From Bugula neritina (taxonomy: Eukaryota > Animalia > Bryozoa), in the NCBI GenBank assembly GCA_964035545.1, contig OZ037765.1, forward strand, positions 31,495,504-31,559,503: a stretch of DNA of 64,000 nt. Reading direction: 5' to 3'. Position numbers and translations under genes: made by a program. A model generated the notes under the pieces. The model was not told the DNA's origin, did not search any database, and was given only the letters and a program-made list of their open reading frames with translations. Shown in pieces: positions 12,406 through 39,600 of this stretch. The number at the start of each line of letters is the position of its first letter. Position 1 is the stretch's first letter.

Positions 12406-15400
12406 ATGGATATTCTGCTTAAAGTGAATGTACGTAAAAGGCGTTCTCAGAGACTTGGCCATAAATGTCCACTGTCACCAAAGAAGGAATGCTTGCAGTC
12501 AACACTGTTAGGAAACTTTGCTTGGCTTCCCATTGAAATTATGCACACTTTGTTTTCGTATCTTAATGGTGGGTTTATTATGGTATAATTATTATTGTGT
12601 TATGTTTCTTAATCAAGTTTTTTGTGGACATGTGTTGCAAAGTTTTCTCTTGTTTTCAAACATTTTGAAAGCATACAGCATTGTGCTTTGTAGTGGTTGA
12701 TTTGAGTGTGCTAGCTTTGACATCAAAATACTTTTGTGAGTTCATCGAAGAATATAGATTTACAAAACGTGGAAAACAAAAGTTTCTGTTGGATCTTGAT
12801 GTTCACTCAATAGAAAGAACTGAGGGCTGGCCTACAGACACAATTCACTCATTCTTCAGATTAGGTGTGTGACATGTTAATGCTCATTACCAATGCTTCA
12901 TAGACAACTATATTTGTTTCTGCTTTTCTGTGATGTCAAAAGGTCTATCCTATCTATATGTATCTATGTCTATGAATGTATGATTTCATGTATAGATGAT
13001 CTGACTAATAATAGTGTTTTTTTAATGCTTAAAATTGTCTAAAATTTTGTGTGTTGTAGGATTGTATGCTAAAAGAACTTCATTCCTCAAATCTACTTCC
13101 AAAAGATTAAAGCATGTCAGCCAATACTTGAATGAAGTATGTACATGTTTTTTAGTATGGGCTGTGTGTTTAGTATAGGTTTAGTGTGCATTTAGTAATA
13201 ATGCCTTTAAACTGAAATATCAGTAAAATTAGTGTAAAAGAATAAACAGGTCAAACTAGTATCAAAATATAAATTCCAACAGAATTTAACAGACCAAGTA
13301 AATTGTTCTGTAGAAGCTGATATGCTCAGAGAAGTGTGGAGATGGTAGGAAGTGTATCAGCTTCTACTGTTATGGCACTTTTCTGCATACACTGATAGCA
13401 GGCTGGGATGATTTAGAGTGCCTTCGAGTCTTGGAATTTGTACAGCAAAATAGTCCAATCAACAGACACGTTACTAAAATACTAGCTACAAATTCAGGTA
13501 TGTTATTGCAGCTGCTTACATATGCATGCATAATGTAAAGTCCATCAGTAAATGTAAGAAATGCTACTGTCTGTCTATTATAACCTTCAAGTCATCAGCT
13601 AATGAACTCGCACAGTTGAATATGTAAATATATAACATATAGTATTCCTTTTAACTAGGATGGGTTTACTTGAAATGATTTTTATTATAGCATGAAGTTG
13701 CTTGAAAAACATGTTATGATTGTGGAACTGTGACTTGTTATTGCTGTGAATTATTTATGTTGTACGTATAAGGAAGATGACAGCAATATTGTATCAATTA
13801 TTTCATCATTTTTTTTAACTCTTATTATTCATTATTAATAAAATATGTAGAATAATTTTCAAAAAATAATGAGAGAGCCATGACCTAGTGGGGAAAGAAC
13901 TCATACACCTGATGCTAGGTTGGGGCTCAAAGTCTGACAAGACTAGTGATGATTTCAGAAAATACATTTAGTCACAGATTTCGCTGCTTTAAAAATTTAC
14001 TGGTTTTCACTAAAGTAGATACATTTATAGACACATTACAATGGGCTTATTGTTGGCTTAAATATAGACGTTAGTTGTTTATTTCAATGCATGAATTTCT
14101 ACGTTTCAAGTCCCTATTTCATATGAATTTTCAGCAGCAGAATCGATTTCTATTTTAATAGTTTACATGGCACTTTTACCATTTTTCTTTCAAAAAATTT
14201 AAACTTTTATGACAAAATTTTTAGTTACAATATTAAAAACTGCGCCCCTCAATAAATGAGAAAATCTGAAAATTATTATGTAACATTGCACCAGCTTTTG
14301 CAAAATAAAAACTTAAGTTCCCTTTTACTGCTTTGAATCCTTATTTCAACTCCTACTTTGGATAAATTTAATAAACTTCCTCCATGAATTAAAACTATAG
14401 GACATGGAAAGACATAGGCATTCAAGTTTCCTGCATTTTAAGCAATCATGAAATGTTACAAATATGTGTGACACAAATCTTGTGTAGGGCTTAAAGATAT
14501 CCCAAATGTGTTCTATCCAGCATTGCATGTATACATGCGTATATAATATATAGTATATATGTACTATTGCAAAACAACCTTACACATTAATTAGTAGAGG
14601 TAAGGGGGCCTTCAGCAATAGTACTGTACACATGTACATACATATGAATTCGTAAATACAATATTATGTTTATAAGCCTGTGTGCATGTGCTGCCCAACT
14701 ACGAAATAAGTGCATGCTTATGAATGTCTTATCATGTATTTTAGGCATATATCCTCATCTGGAGGTGTATGTCAGATGTTTCTACAGAAGAGCTTTCATA
14801 GATGTCCTTCGCAAGAAAGAGGATAAAGCTTTCTGGCTCAGCACCATACTTAAACCTTATCCAATGATACATCAAGCTAGACTCCTGCAAATATTGTTCT
14901 TGCCTAAAACCTCATGTACGCCTGTTAAACATTCACTCTTTATAGTCTGCTATTCTTTAACCATCAGTTTTAATAACTTGAATGATTTACTTACTGTGCT
15001 GCTATATATTGCTATAAAATGCAATGGTTTTTTTGTTTAGTCCAGAAATTTCAGCACCCAAGTTTTTTTACACACTATGTTATCATTACAGTTGGTGTGA
15101 ATTTCAATGCAGCCATATATGAAAGGTTCACAAATTCAGCACTTGCAGATCTAGGCAATGCCTTTCAGTTGCTCTTTGAGTACGCCAAATGGAGCGACGA
15201 TAACATCATCAGTGTATTTGACGAAACCATAGGTTTGTAACGATTTAGTGGTTGCGTATAGTGAATGTTTTATGTTAAGAGTTGTGTTCACATTTTGCTG
15301 TATGTATTGTTTTTTCCAAGTAGGTGCTCATATATCTGTATAACAAATACTTATTATTTTTTTTAAATGTGCATTTGATAAACAACTATTGGTTGCTTTC

Positions 15401-17068
15401 ATAACTTTAACTGTAATTCAGAAGTTTAAAAATTGCATACTTCAACTGAAATTATGCTGTGTTTTCACATTTGAGTTAAAAACAATAAAGAAGTCACAAG
15501 TGGCTTGGCTATGCTTGCTGTACTATACATTTTGTTGAAAACTATTACATTTACCAATTTAAAACATGCATGTATACCTTGAAGCAGCTTGTTACAGATG
15601 TGTTTCCAATAATACAATAACAATGCTCGTTTAGGTACACCAGCTTTGTGGAGTCCTCCCAACATCTCTGCTCTACTGCTCAACTGTAGCCCTATCATCA
15701 CTGAAAAAGTGCTCATCTCTAAGGCTATAAACAATCGCTTCTCTGAGATAGTCTGCATTTCACACCATCTTCTAGTGGTAAGAACTATATTAACTTGTCA
15801 TTTAATAGTATTCTGAACCCATTCACTTAGTGTATACAATATTTCATAGTAGCTGAGCTCTGCCAGCTCATTAGCTTTTACAATATATTTAAAATTGCAA
15901 ACCAGTATAATTACTACTCACAACTTTAATTTAAAAAGCATATAGTTAGATAAATTAAGTTTTTATGATTTTGGGTAGAATGTAATGTGTTAATAGAAGT
16001 AGCAGCTGTAAACTTAGTTGGTATATATGTATTAGTTTCATTTCTCCATAATTGCTAAAAGTGCGGTTATTGCTTTTTCACTCATGCAGTTGACTAATAA
16101 ATATTTGATGCAATGTGTAAATAGAAACACGTCCTTTCTTGTAATTTCAACAGGATCATCTAGTCATTCTTATTCCTATTGCTATAAGCATGGTTTGCGG
16201 AAAAGCCGACATACATAATCTCACTGCTACACAACTATTGAATATATACAATTTGGATTGCTGCAGGCTAGCATCAGGGCCACCCGCTCAATAAAACCAG
16301 CGTCAGACTGCATTTGGTCATTCATGGAGAAGTTGAACCCATCTGATAGGGTGTATTTGGCATCGCAACTCCTCCACAGTCTCAAAAATGCCCTGTTCGA
16401 CATGGTAGATATGGGTAAGCACCTTTAAATTCTGGCTTGCAGTTTTTTCCATGAATATTAATTTCTCTACAATAAGTGATTTTTGTAGCCATTATGTTTC
16501 ATTTTTATAGGATTATAAAAAGTGCTCTTCTGGAAGCTGGTTCATAATTTAAGCTGAACTATATTATGTTAATATATTATATTATATTTAAAATGTTGAA
16601 CACATATCTATAATATATTCAGCTATGTGTAAACTTTGTAAAAACTTTGGTTATAAAAATTAAGAAATAAAAATTACACGTTCTTCAACTCATTTATGAG
16701 ATGGTTTAACTATCCCTTATGCAACAAGCATTTACATGTGGTAACAGGGAGACAACTCTCAAGTGTCAGTCTGGCTTGTAAAAAACAGAGTAATCTGGGG
16801 TAACAGGGTATCAATCCACAATTGCATAGCTAGCCATGCGATGAGATAAAAAGAGTTTTACTATGCAGTATTATTTGATGAAGGTGTGGAACCCATCACA
16901 GAAGTAGAGGCAGCTTTGGAGGCCATCAGTCAATTCACGGAGAACATCCTCAACCTGGCTCTGGTTTCGCTCAAAGAAAACCGATTATCAAGCGGTCCTG
17001 GTATTCATGAAGTTAATAAGGACACTATCTCAAAGGAACCAGAATTTTCTCCAGCAGTTGAAGAATGA
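12406..17068 (+). CDS. FBXO47: F-box only protein 47 (meiotic F-box protein, PROM-1 family)
   Basis: Exons 12406-12568, 12694-12864, 13060-13136, 13314-13497, 14745-14915, 15092-15232, 15635-15777, 16267-16414, 16869-17068 (1398 nt, ~465 aa). F-box LGNFAWLPIEIMHTLFSYL..DLSVLALTSK; family motifs CYGTFLHTLIAGWDDLEC, AFWLSTILKPYPMIHQARLL, WSDDNIISVFDE, SKAINNR. Confidence 0.9.
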
Positions 17069-17755
17069 GTTGACCACCATTTATTGATCTCTTTATGCCA
17101 ATTGATACTATTTTTACTCTCAGGTGATGTATAAAATGCATAGCCTCACAGAATTTGTTGACTTACAAGTTGTTTGTTGGTTTGTTATTTTTTATTCTTA
17201 GTAGCCTATTTGAGTGTTTTAAAACATTGATGGTGTTATATTATCGCTCAGGCATCGGTGCACAACAAATCATAACTAGCAGCAAGTATTAATTTTTAAG
17301 TAAAAGTTTTATTCAACAAAATAAATATTTAAACAACTTTAAAATTGCCTGGATATGCACAATATAATATGAACTTCTAGATTTGAAATATCTATCAGCA
17401 TTATATATAAGAAAATTAAAATCTTGGCAATCACACCAGAAAATTGTGACTGTGCAAATGAACAATAACGGGACTGCTAATTTATCAATATACAATATCT
17501 TGGTATTAGGATGAAGAAAAGGCGTGGGGATGACCGTGAGATTCCTTGAATAGTAAGGTTAATGCAGTAAATTCTAGTTGTCTAGCGAAGACATGTCTAA
17601 TAAAATGCAGCCTATGGATAAATGCAAGTCATGATTGGTGAGATAACTTTGAATAATTAGAATAAAGATTTTAATCGTAGCAGTCACGATAATTAAATTA
17701 AATAAAATATGGTTGCTTGGCTGACAAGGAGCTCAACCATTCAACAATCTCATCA

Positions 17756-31179
<13,424 letters not shown>

Positions 31180-32139
31180 TACAATCACCTTTGACGATGA
31201 CTTCTGGTAAGATAGGCAGCATAATGTTTATTATATAACTATATAATATAGTATTAGGTTTTATAGCATATTATGCAGTGTGCCCCATAGGCAATGCTGA
31301 CTTTTGTTCACAGTAACAATGTGCAATAGTAGGTTATATTGATCCTAAAAAGCATCAAAAACATTTATCCTGGCAGCATTAGGAATCTAATGACATTCTA
31401 TTATTAGAAGAATTATTAATAGAAGTAGTAGGAAAGATACAGTTTGTTTTGTTAGAATATTTAAACCAAAGTTTATTCAGTTTCCTGCTACTCATCCACT
31501 ACTAACCACAATATAAAAATGAATATTATGTATAATTAGTAGTTACTATGGAAATTCTTCCATATGTTTAGTCATAATGGAAGTTACTACACACTAGACA
31601 ACAAAGCACTAACATGACTAAATAATTATGCATTCTGTGTTGCATAACTGTTTAGGATGCCAAATACACGGACATTATGATGCCAGTTTCCGAAGCAACT
31701 TGAAACTTAGCATAAGCAACTTTTCTCAAACCACCATAACAAATTACCCACACTAGCCTCTGAGTCTAACCAAGTACTGTTGGCAAAGGAGAGCTTCTAC
31801 GAGAAGTGATATTTTATCACTAAACAATATAAAAACTTACTCAACAGAAAAAGTAAATACTGATACAACTTACATGTTTGTGAAACGTGGATCTAATAGT
31901 TTTGTGCATGATGATTGTATAAAATATTTACAGCTATTCACAGTATTAGGTTTACTCCATACAGTTATGACTATGACTAGCGCGAGTGCATGCTACTAGA
32001 GAAAATGTAGCTGGTATCCAGTTATGCCAAATTATAGAGCGAGATAGACTAATACTGAACAGCTGATCTGTCCTAACAACAGTAATGAAGTGGCATGATC
32101 ATTGCTAAAATAGCATGCACTTGCCGCTGGTAGGCACAG

Positions 32140-32255
32140 CGTGACGTAAACAAATGCGGTATAGCGAGTCGCGCATGTCTGTATTGACCTATGACCCCGT
32201 GCTAATCAAGCTCGCAGAAGATTAGCCAATAGAGCCGGGTTCCTATAGTAACGAT
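32140..32255. promoter_or_regulatory. CpG-enriched candidate enhancer/alternative promoter of the NDR gene
   Basis: TGACGTAAACA (CRE half-site + forkhead) 32142-32152, DR1 TGACCTATGACCC 32185-32197, CCAAT 32226-32230, RFX X-box GTTCCTATAGTAAC 32239-32252. Confidence 0.5.
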
Positions 32256-32434
32256 AAGTGCAACACTGCTATTGTTTATAGCTCGTATCATATGTGGGCA
32301 ATAATTGCGGTGGTAAACATAGTTATGGTCATACTCACGCATCATCATAATTATGTTTACTTGTAATGGTTGTTGCAATAATAGTATATAGTTCTACATA
32401 AAGAATTGGCAATTATTACTTTTTTCGTAGATAA

Positions 32435-32482
32435 ATCCTAGTAATGTCACATCCTAGGGATGTCACATCCTAGTAATGTCAC
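32435..32482. repeat. 16-bp tandem repeat x3 (ATCCTAGTAATGTCAC)
   Basis: Direct inspection. Confidence 0.85.
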
Positions 32483-34799
32483 GGTAACAATTTGCAGATA
32501 AAACAGCCAAAACAAAATATCACAATTTAAGACTTGACAGAATATCAATCCAATACACAAAACTGGATTCAATAATCGAACTTAATTTAATAGTAAAAAA
32601 ACTGATGAAATAGCAATAAAAACTAATGTTGATTTTAGTTTAGTGGATTATCAAATTTACAAACAAATTTGATTCAACTCCCAGTTGTTGGAAATGATTT
32701 AGAACTGTTCAGACAAGATTTTAATTTCATAATGAAAACTTGCAGTGGGGAAAGCTTACCTTGGCGGAACTTCAGTTGGGCAGCTTGCACCTCAGTATTT
32801 CACCACTAAAAGAATTAAGGTAGCTATTACTTATCAAATTATCGAAACCCCATTTATGAATAGATAACTCCAAATCAAGAGTTGTAGGACGAAATACATT
32901 GATGCACTTGATAGACAGTTCAACAGCTTTGGGGGCATCAAGGATGTTTTCAAGGGGCTTCTGATAGAAAAATGAGTATTAAGTAAAGAGTCAGTGTATA
33001 CTAATCAATTAGTGTAATGAACAAGGAGTGGGCGTTAACGCCCATCTGCTAAATGATACCAGAAATTGGCTGTAGGGTATACAGCGTTAGTCATTAATGT
33101 AATAATTGACTAATGCTATAGTAGTTAGAGAACTCGCTGCCTTCCCAGGAAAATTAAAAGTTCCATGACACATGCAAAAATTACAAATAATGAATATTAA
33201 TAAAGAGCACAAACTGTAAAAATTTAAATAGATTCCATGGCACAAAACTGAACAAAAAATTGCAAATAATGCAAATTATAGTTTCTTCAGTAAACAGGGT
33301 TTTAAAATCAGGTAATTTAAACTAAAATAACACTTGGAAACAAATTGATGCCTAAGTTGGTAAAATCTTGAATTTTGAAAGATGGCAAAACTTATGCACA
33401 TGAGTACAATGTCAAGTACATATAGTAAAAGTAAAGTAAAGTAAAAAGATAAATGCTCTAAGCAGATGAATAAGTAGACATGTATGAAACATAGCATAGT
33501 TTATACCATAAACATAATGTATACATACCAATATCTCTGCTTGAACAATTCTAATGTAGACAATGGACCAGTTAGAGAGTTCACAGCAAATCAGATATCC
33601 AAATCACTTGCAAGCATTCCCTGGAGAATAACCAAACCTTAGCAACATCACAGGACATCTTACTGTTGGAACTAAATTAATACTTGTGTGTATTATTTGT
33701 GTTTACAAATTAGAGTGCTGGTTACTAGTCTGCTTTTCTTGTTAAATTCTTTTTTTAATTTATTAAATTCAACTATTTACGCTACTATTCGGCTAAGTTA
33801 AACATAAGATCAATATAGTAGCTTACTAAACAGAGTAGAGAAATTAGTGGAGAAAGCTAAATATGTTGAGGGTAAAGCGAAAAAAGAAATGTTTTTGCCA
33901 ACCAATTAACAATGGAAATTAAGTAGCTTTCAATACAAAAAAGTTCCATTAGTGGCTACAGAAGTAGAGCGCCTTGGTTGAACTCTCATAATTACCATTG
34001 GCTACGAAAAACATCATTTGTAATTCTTAGGTAAAAAATATATAATACAACATGGAACTTTTTATAGTGTGGAAATTACATTTATAGATGTATGATCAAC
34101 TGAACTATTTCTTTCACATTTTATTTATCAAATAACGCAACTAATTACGTATTAGCAACATAGAAGAACTGTTATACAGACAACTAATAGATATATAGAC
34201 AAATAAAGAATGTTTAACATATTGGCAACAGCAATTTTAATACTTTTCATTGGATAACAACATAATACTATAAATAGATTTGATGGTACCAATTATAACA
34301 GTATAAATATTCAAAAGCAAAAAAAAATTCATTAGCAAGAGGCCTTCTAAAAAAATTGCTGGAGCTGTAAGAAATTAATTGATTGATAATTCTCAGAAGA
34401 CAAGCCTTTTTAATCATTTAATCACTATAACTAGACTAGCAAGGTTTATATATTTACTGCTTTATGAATTATTACTATTACATTAATTTTTCTATAAAGT
34501 ATTTGTCTACTAAATAAACTTTGTTCATGAAATATTGCTAGTGATCAGTTTCCTATCTTGAGGATAATAAAATGTAAGATGGTTATGGCCAACACCATAA
34601 TCATTATAACGGATCATCATTATACTTATATTTGTTATAATGATAATCCTGGTCTGGTATTACTTAAAAGTTAAAACACTTCAAAACTGAACATCACAGA
34701 CACAAGCCAAAGACAAACTCAAAGACTTGACAAAATTAAAGTGTTAAGACGAATTAAAATTATGAATAAAGCAATATCCAATACCTTATACCCGTATCA

Positions 34800-36470
34800 A
34801 TATGAATACCATTACGTTACTCACAGTCACTGTTAGTATTACATTTATACTTATTGTTAATCATACTTATAATCATGCTCATAGTGATAGTCATAGTGAA
34901 ACTAAATACTCATACTCAGTCTCATACTGTCATAGTTATGCTCATATTGAATAGCCATACTCATACTGATAATCAAGTCTTATACTTATAGTTATAGTCA
35001 GTATGAGTATCATAATGATAATGATACTGATGTAATACTGATAGCGATAGTCATAGTCATACTAATACTAATAGTCACACTCATACTGATACTCATACTG
35101 ATACAGTATCACTCATCGTATTACTATTAGTCATACTCATAGTGATACTCATACTGATAGTGATTATGATTATCTGATACTGATAGTCATAGTCATAGTA
35201 ATACTCATGAATCATGAGTCATACTCATACTGATACTCATACACAGTGACAGTGATACAGTACACTTAGTCTTAGACTTAGAGTGATAGCCGATAGGCGA
35301 TAGGGCTTTGAAATTGATGAACAATTATTATTATATCAAATTTAATATTATATTTATAACTGTCAATTTGTACATTTAATTATTTCTATATTTTTACGTT
35401 TAAATTTTAAGTTTTTAAACCATACTGACACTGAATAACATACATTTATCTAACATTAACTGATACTCATTCCGATACTGACACTTCAGATCGGGTCTCT
35501 TGTAGAGAGACAAATAAATAGAAGTTTCGGTCAATTGTGGGTTTGTCGCGTGAGGTACTTTATCGGGCTACTCGAACAATATACTAATAGTAGTTTGAAG
35601 GTAAGGCGAACCTGTCTAGTGATCATTCACAACCTTTTTGCACAGGAAATAATTTACTTGGCCATATGCTACGTTCGCTTTGAGTTCACCCAATCACTTC
35701 ATCACACTGATTCACCTTAGTTTGTCATTGAGATAAAATATGCTTTTGATACCATGCCTTGTTGTTGCACCACTACCAGTACCTGTGTTTGATATTTCTC
35801 ATTTTGAATATATCTTCATCTGTGTTTTATGAAATGTGTTATGTTTACTGAGTATTAGTATTAGATTTAGTATCATAAATATAATTATTATTTGTATTAC
35901 TAGTAGTAGTACTAGTAGACGTAGTATTACTATTACTATTACTAATACTATTAGTATGAGAGTAAGAGTACGACTAAGAGTTAGTAAGTATATTACTTTT
36001 ACTTAACTTTTAGCTTTACTTTTGCTTTTACAGTTTTAGAGTTATTGTAACACTTAGAGTTAGTTACTGTTGGTGTTACTAATACTATTACATTTACTAT
36101 TACTGTTAATATTAGTGTTTGAAGTTGGAGTCGAATTTAGGGCCTATGCCGCTGCCCTACGGCTACACTCAAACTTAAAGTTAAAATTGATCTTATAGTT
36201 ATAGTAATAGTATTTCACTGTTAGTTCTTTTTAGAGTTAGTGCAACACCAGCTCTTAGAGTTAGTCTTACTCTAAGATTAAGTTTAAGTTATAGCACTCT
36301 GACTATGAGCGTGAGTAGTATGACTATGGATTATGGGTATCACCATCAGCATCTCAGTTTGTATCACTATCACATTATGATTATGATTATCAGTAAGTGA
36401 ATATGAGTGATTGTGATTGTCATTATCTTTACATTATTATTATGATAAAGAGATTATAAGTTATGGCCAT
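34800..36470. promoter_or_regulatory. Divergent NDR/RRN3 promoter core (~35490-35800) flanked by 6-bp-periodic tracts
   Basis: CpG-containing core with plus-strand donor AAG|GTAAGG at 35600/35601 (probable RRN3 5'UTR exon); (TSATAS)n tract 34800-35290 and periodic tract 35850-36470 including (STATSA)n. Confidence 0.55.
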
Positions 36471-36685
36471 CACTAGGACTAGGACTATCACTAGGCTTGT
36501 TTCTAATTTCTGACCAATGCATTTATTTTATGAACTTTAGTGAGAATTTTGATTCGTATATATAGTTGATCAATAGCCATTTTCTAAGTTTTAATTATGA
36601 AGAAAATAGGTTGTATTTTGGGTTCAATGAATGCTTTGCTGATTGTTGTAGATTATTGAATAGTCAAACTTTATCATCTTCTGCA

Positions 36686-39600
36686 ATGGAAAAGAATTCG
36701 GTGGTTTCTGCATTGTTAAATTATATAAAGGTAAACTACGAATTATAACTCATGACACTTAGCAATTACCTTCAACAAACTACATCTTTAAATTTATTAG
36801 TCATATAAACAGTACTACCTTTATTCAAAATATCATGGATGTGTGGTGCTTTTTAATGAGTCTTTAATATTGATTTGAAGTGTTTTTGTCAACGTAATAC
36901 AGAAAGTTTTTCAGACGTTTTCGATATAATCTCAAAACTTTGTTTAAATCAAGTATTGAAGAATTTGCATTTGTAAGAGGATGTATAATATAATATAGTA
37001 ATATAATATAGTCATATAATATAATATAATATTATAATATAATTTGCAGGGTGAACAGAGAGAGTTGGATTTACTGATACGGCGACTTCAGTCAACGGAA
37101 TGCAAGGTATTTATTACTATTCCTGTATCAACTTGTATCTGGCCTAGAATCTAATAGATGTACGTGTACTATAGCTGTCTTACTACTCCAGTTTGCCTTT
37201 TTCTAGCATCTAGTTACTTTGCAATTGTCTTTAAGCCTCAAAGCCGAGTTGAAAATTTATTTTGGGATTTGGATTTTGGTCTGCCTATTTTTCTGAAGAA
37301 ATTGAGGCTTATTGCATAATTTTAGTATATAGTAAGGCAGATGACTTTTGCTAGTTCAGTTTATTCATGCAGTCTATAGTTATATAATAGATATATAATA
37401 GAGTGTCAAGTTTATTACTAATCTACCGTGTATACAGGACAAGTATGCTGCCGACGTGCTGCTGCAAATGAAGGACAGCGTGTCGCTGTTGAATCCAGAC
37501 TGCTTTAGTGTCGTAGTGCAGGAGTTGCTGGTAAGTGCACTTGTACCGAGATTGTTACTGACATGCTGTTTGGTGACCTGTTAAGACGTACAGTTATTAA
37601 GGTTCAGTTGCATTCATGTTTCAGTTTAGTTTTTCTTGAGCCGTATTAGTGTATTTTTTCATTCACCATAGTTGATAGCTTTTGGAAACAGTCTGTAGTT
37701 TGTCTCTCAGTATTGTCTAGAAAACACAGCTTAGTGGTTCCCACCCCACTCTGTAGACACCTGAGGACATGGCTTTAACTTCTATAAAATTTAATTGACT
37801 GTACTTGTTACCAACACGGAAAGTTTTCTATCAATAGCTGTTGAAACTGATTACTGATTGATATGTTTTGGCCCAGCAATTGATATTACCATGTTATTAC
37901 CAGAGGGCAGTAAAACTTAGATTTGTATCAGTTAGCTAACATACCTGGATCAGACCTTGGTAAACTGGTATAAACTACACAGTATACACTACACAGTATA
38001 CACTACACAGTATACACTACACAGTACACACTACACAGTACACACTACACAGTATACACTACACAGTATACACTACACAGTATACACTACACAGTACACA
38101 CTACACAGTACACAGTATACACTACACAGTACCCTACTATACAATACGTGAATGTCAGTGTAGAATAGTTGTTTGGGTTGCAGAAAGTTTCCTGGTCCAC
38201 CAGATCAGCAGAAGTGGTGAAGCTGTACCACAGTTTCATAGTAAACCTGGTGTCAGCTCATTCCACATACACTGAGGCAGTCCTCACCTCCATGGTAGCT
38301 CTGTTCATGCCAAGTAAGTCGTGCTCTTTATACCAAGTAAGTCTCTTTATACCAAGTAAGTCTCTTTATATCAAGTAAGTCTCTTTATTCCAAGTAAGTC
38401 TCTTTATGTCAAGTAAGTCTCTCTCTTTATACCAAGTAAGTCTCCTTATGTCAAGTAAGTCTTTATACCAAGTAAGTCTCTTTATACTAAGTAAGTCTCT
38501 TTATTCCAAGTAAGTCTCTTTATGTCAAGTAAGTCTCTCTCTTTATACCAAGTAAGTCTCCTTATGTCAAGTAAGTCTCTTTATGTCAAGTAAGTCAGCT
38601 ACTGTTTTCTAGCTGAGGCCTTGCACTGAGCATGCTGTGGGTTTTACATGAAAATAATTTTATTTAATGACTTGAATATTTCTCACAGTTTATTGTTCTC
38701 TCTCTGTGTGGGTAAACATGTGTGAGATGAGCTGAGATGTTTCTCTCTGTATTTAGAGAAGGGAGTTGTAGCAGTTGTGGGAACATCTCAGGAACAGACG
38801 GATGAAGACCGTCAGAAGAGCTATGAGGCAGCAATGAAACATGTACACAATACTATTGCTTCAGTACTCAAAGCTGTCCCTTCGTAAGTTTTACAGTAAC
38901 TCCGCGTTATTATCTTCAATATTTAAATTTCAGTCATTCTTTTCATTATTTGGCGAGACTGTAAGAATACTAGACTACTAGAATACTACACACTGGAATA
39001 CCTTTTTATATATTATACTTTTTCACGCAAATAATATAACAACTATATGGCTATTATATAATAAAAATGTACTTGAAAGTAAGTGGTTGTTGTATCATGG
39101 GTCAATGCAATTTAGTCTGCAGTTATTTTATTTTTATCTGGCAATGACAAGGGTATGAAAGTTTGTGTAGCCTCAGAACACTTCCATATGTGTATTTACC
39201 AGGGCGGGGCACATGCTCTCCAGTATAATCCACGACAAGTTCCCTTACATATTCCACAAAGACGCGAGTGTAGTGGAGGTGTACATACAGAACATACTTT
39301 ACGTCTCCAAGTACTGTCCGCCCATCAGATCTCAGATCCTCTCTCTCGTTATTGTGAAGATGATCAACCTTGACGTGAGTAGATCAAATGACGATAGAAG
39401 CAGCACCTAGCTGGAGGTGACTTGAGTACAGTATTTGAGTACACATCACTCAGTCACCACCAACTCTGTGCTGCTTCAAGTGATTTACGGGTGAACCAGC
39501 CACTCTTTGACTTGGTCCAGAGTTCCTGTTTTGTATCAACTGATTTATAATATTCTTGAATGACCTTTGAACCTTTGATCTCTTTGCATATAGACGAGAG

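Noticed and set aside
13880-13990. Possible very old SINE copy in an FBXO47 intron
   Set aside because: Similarity too weak to support by eye.
33150-34065. Inverted aaaagttccatg / catggaactttt pair suggesting an old DNA element
   Set aside because: Only 12 bp in very AT-rich DNA; no TSD or defined ends.
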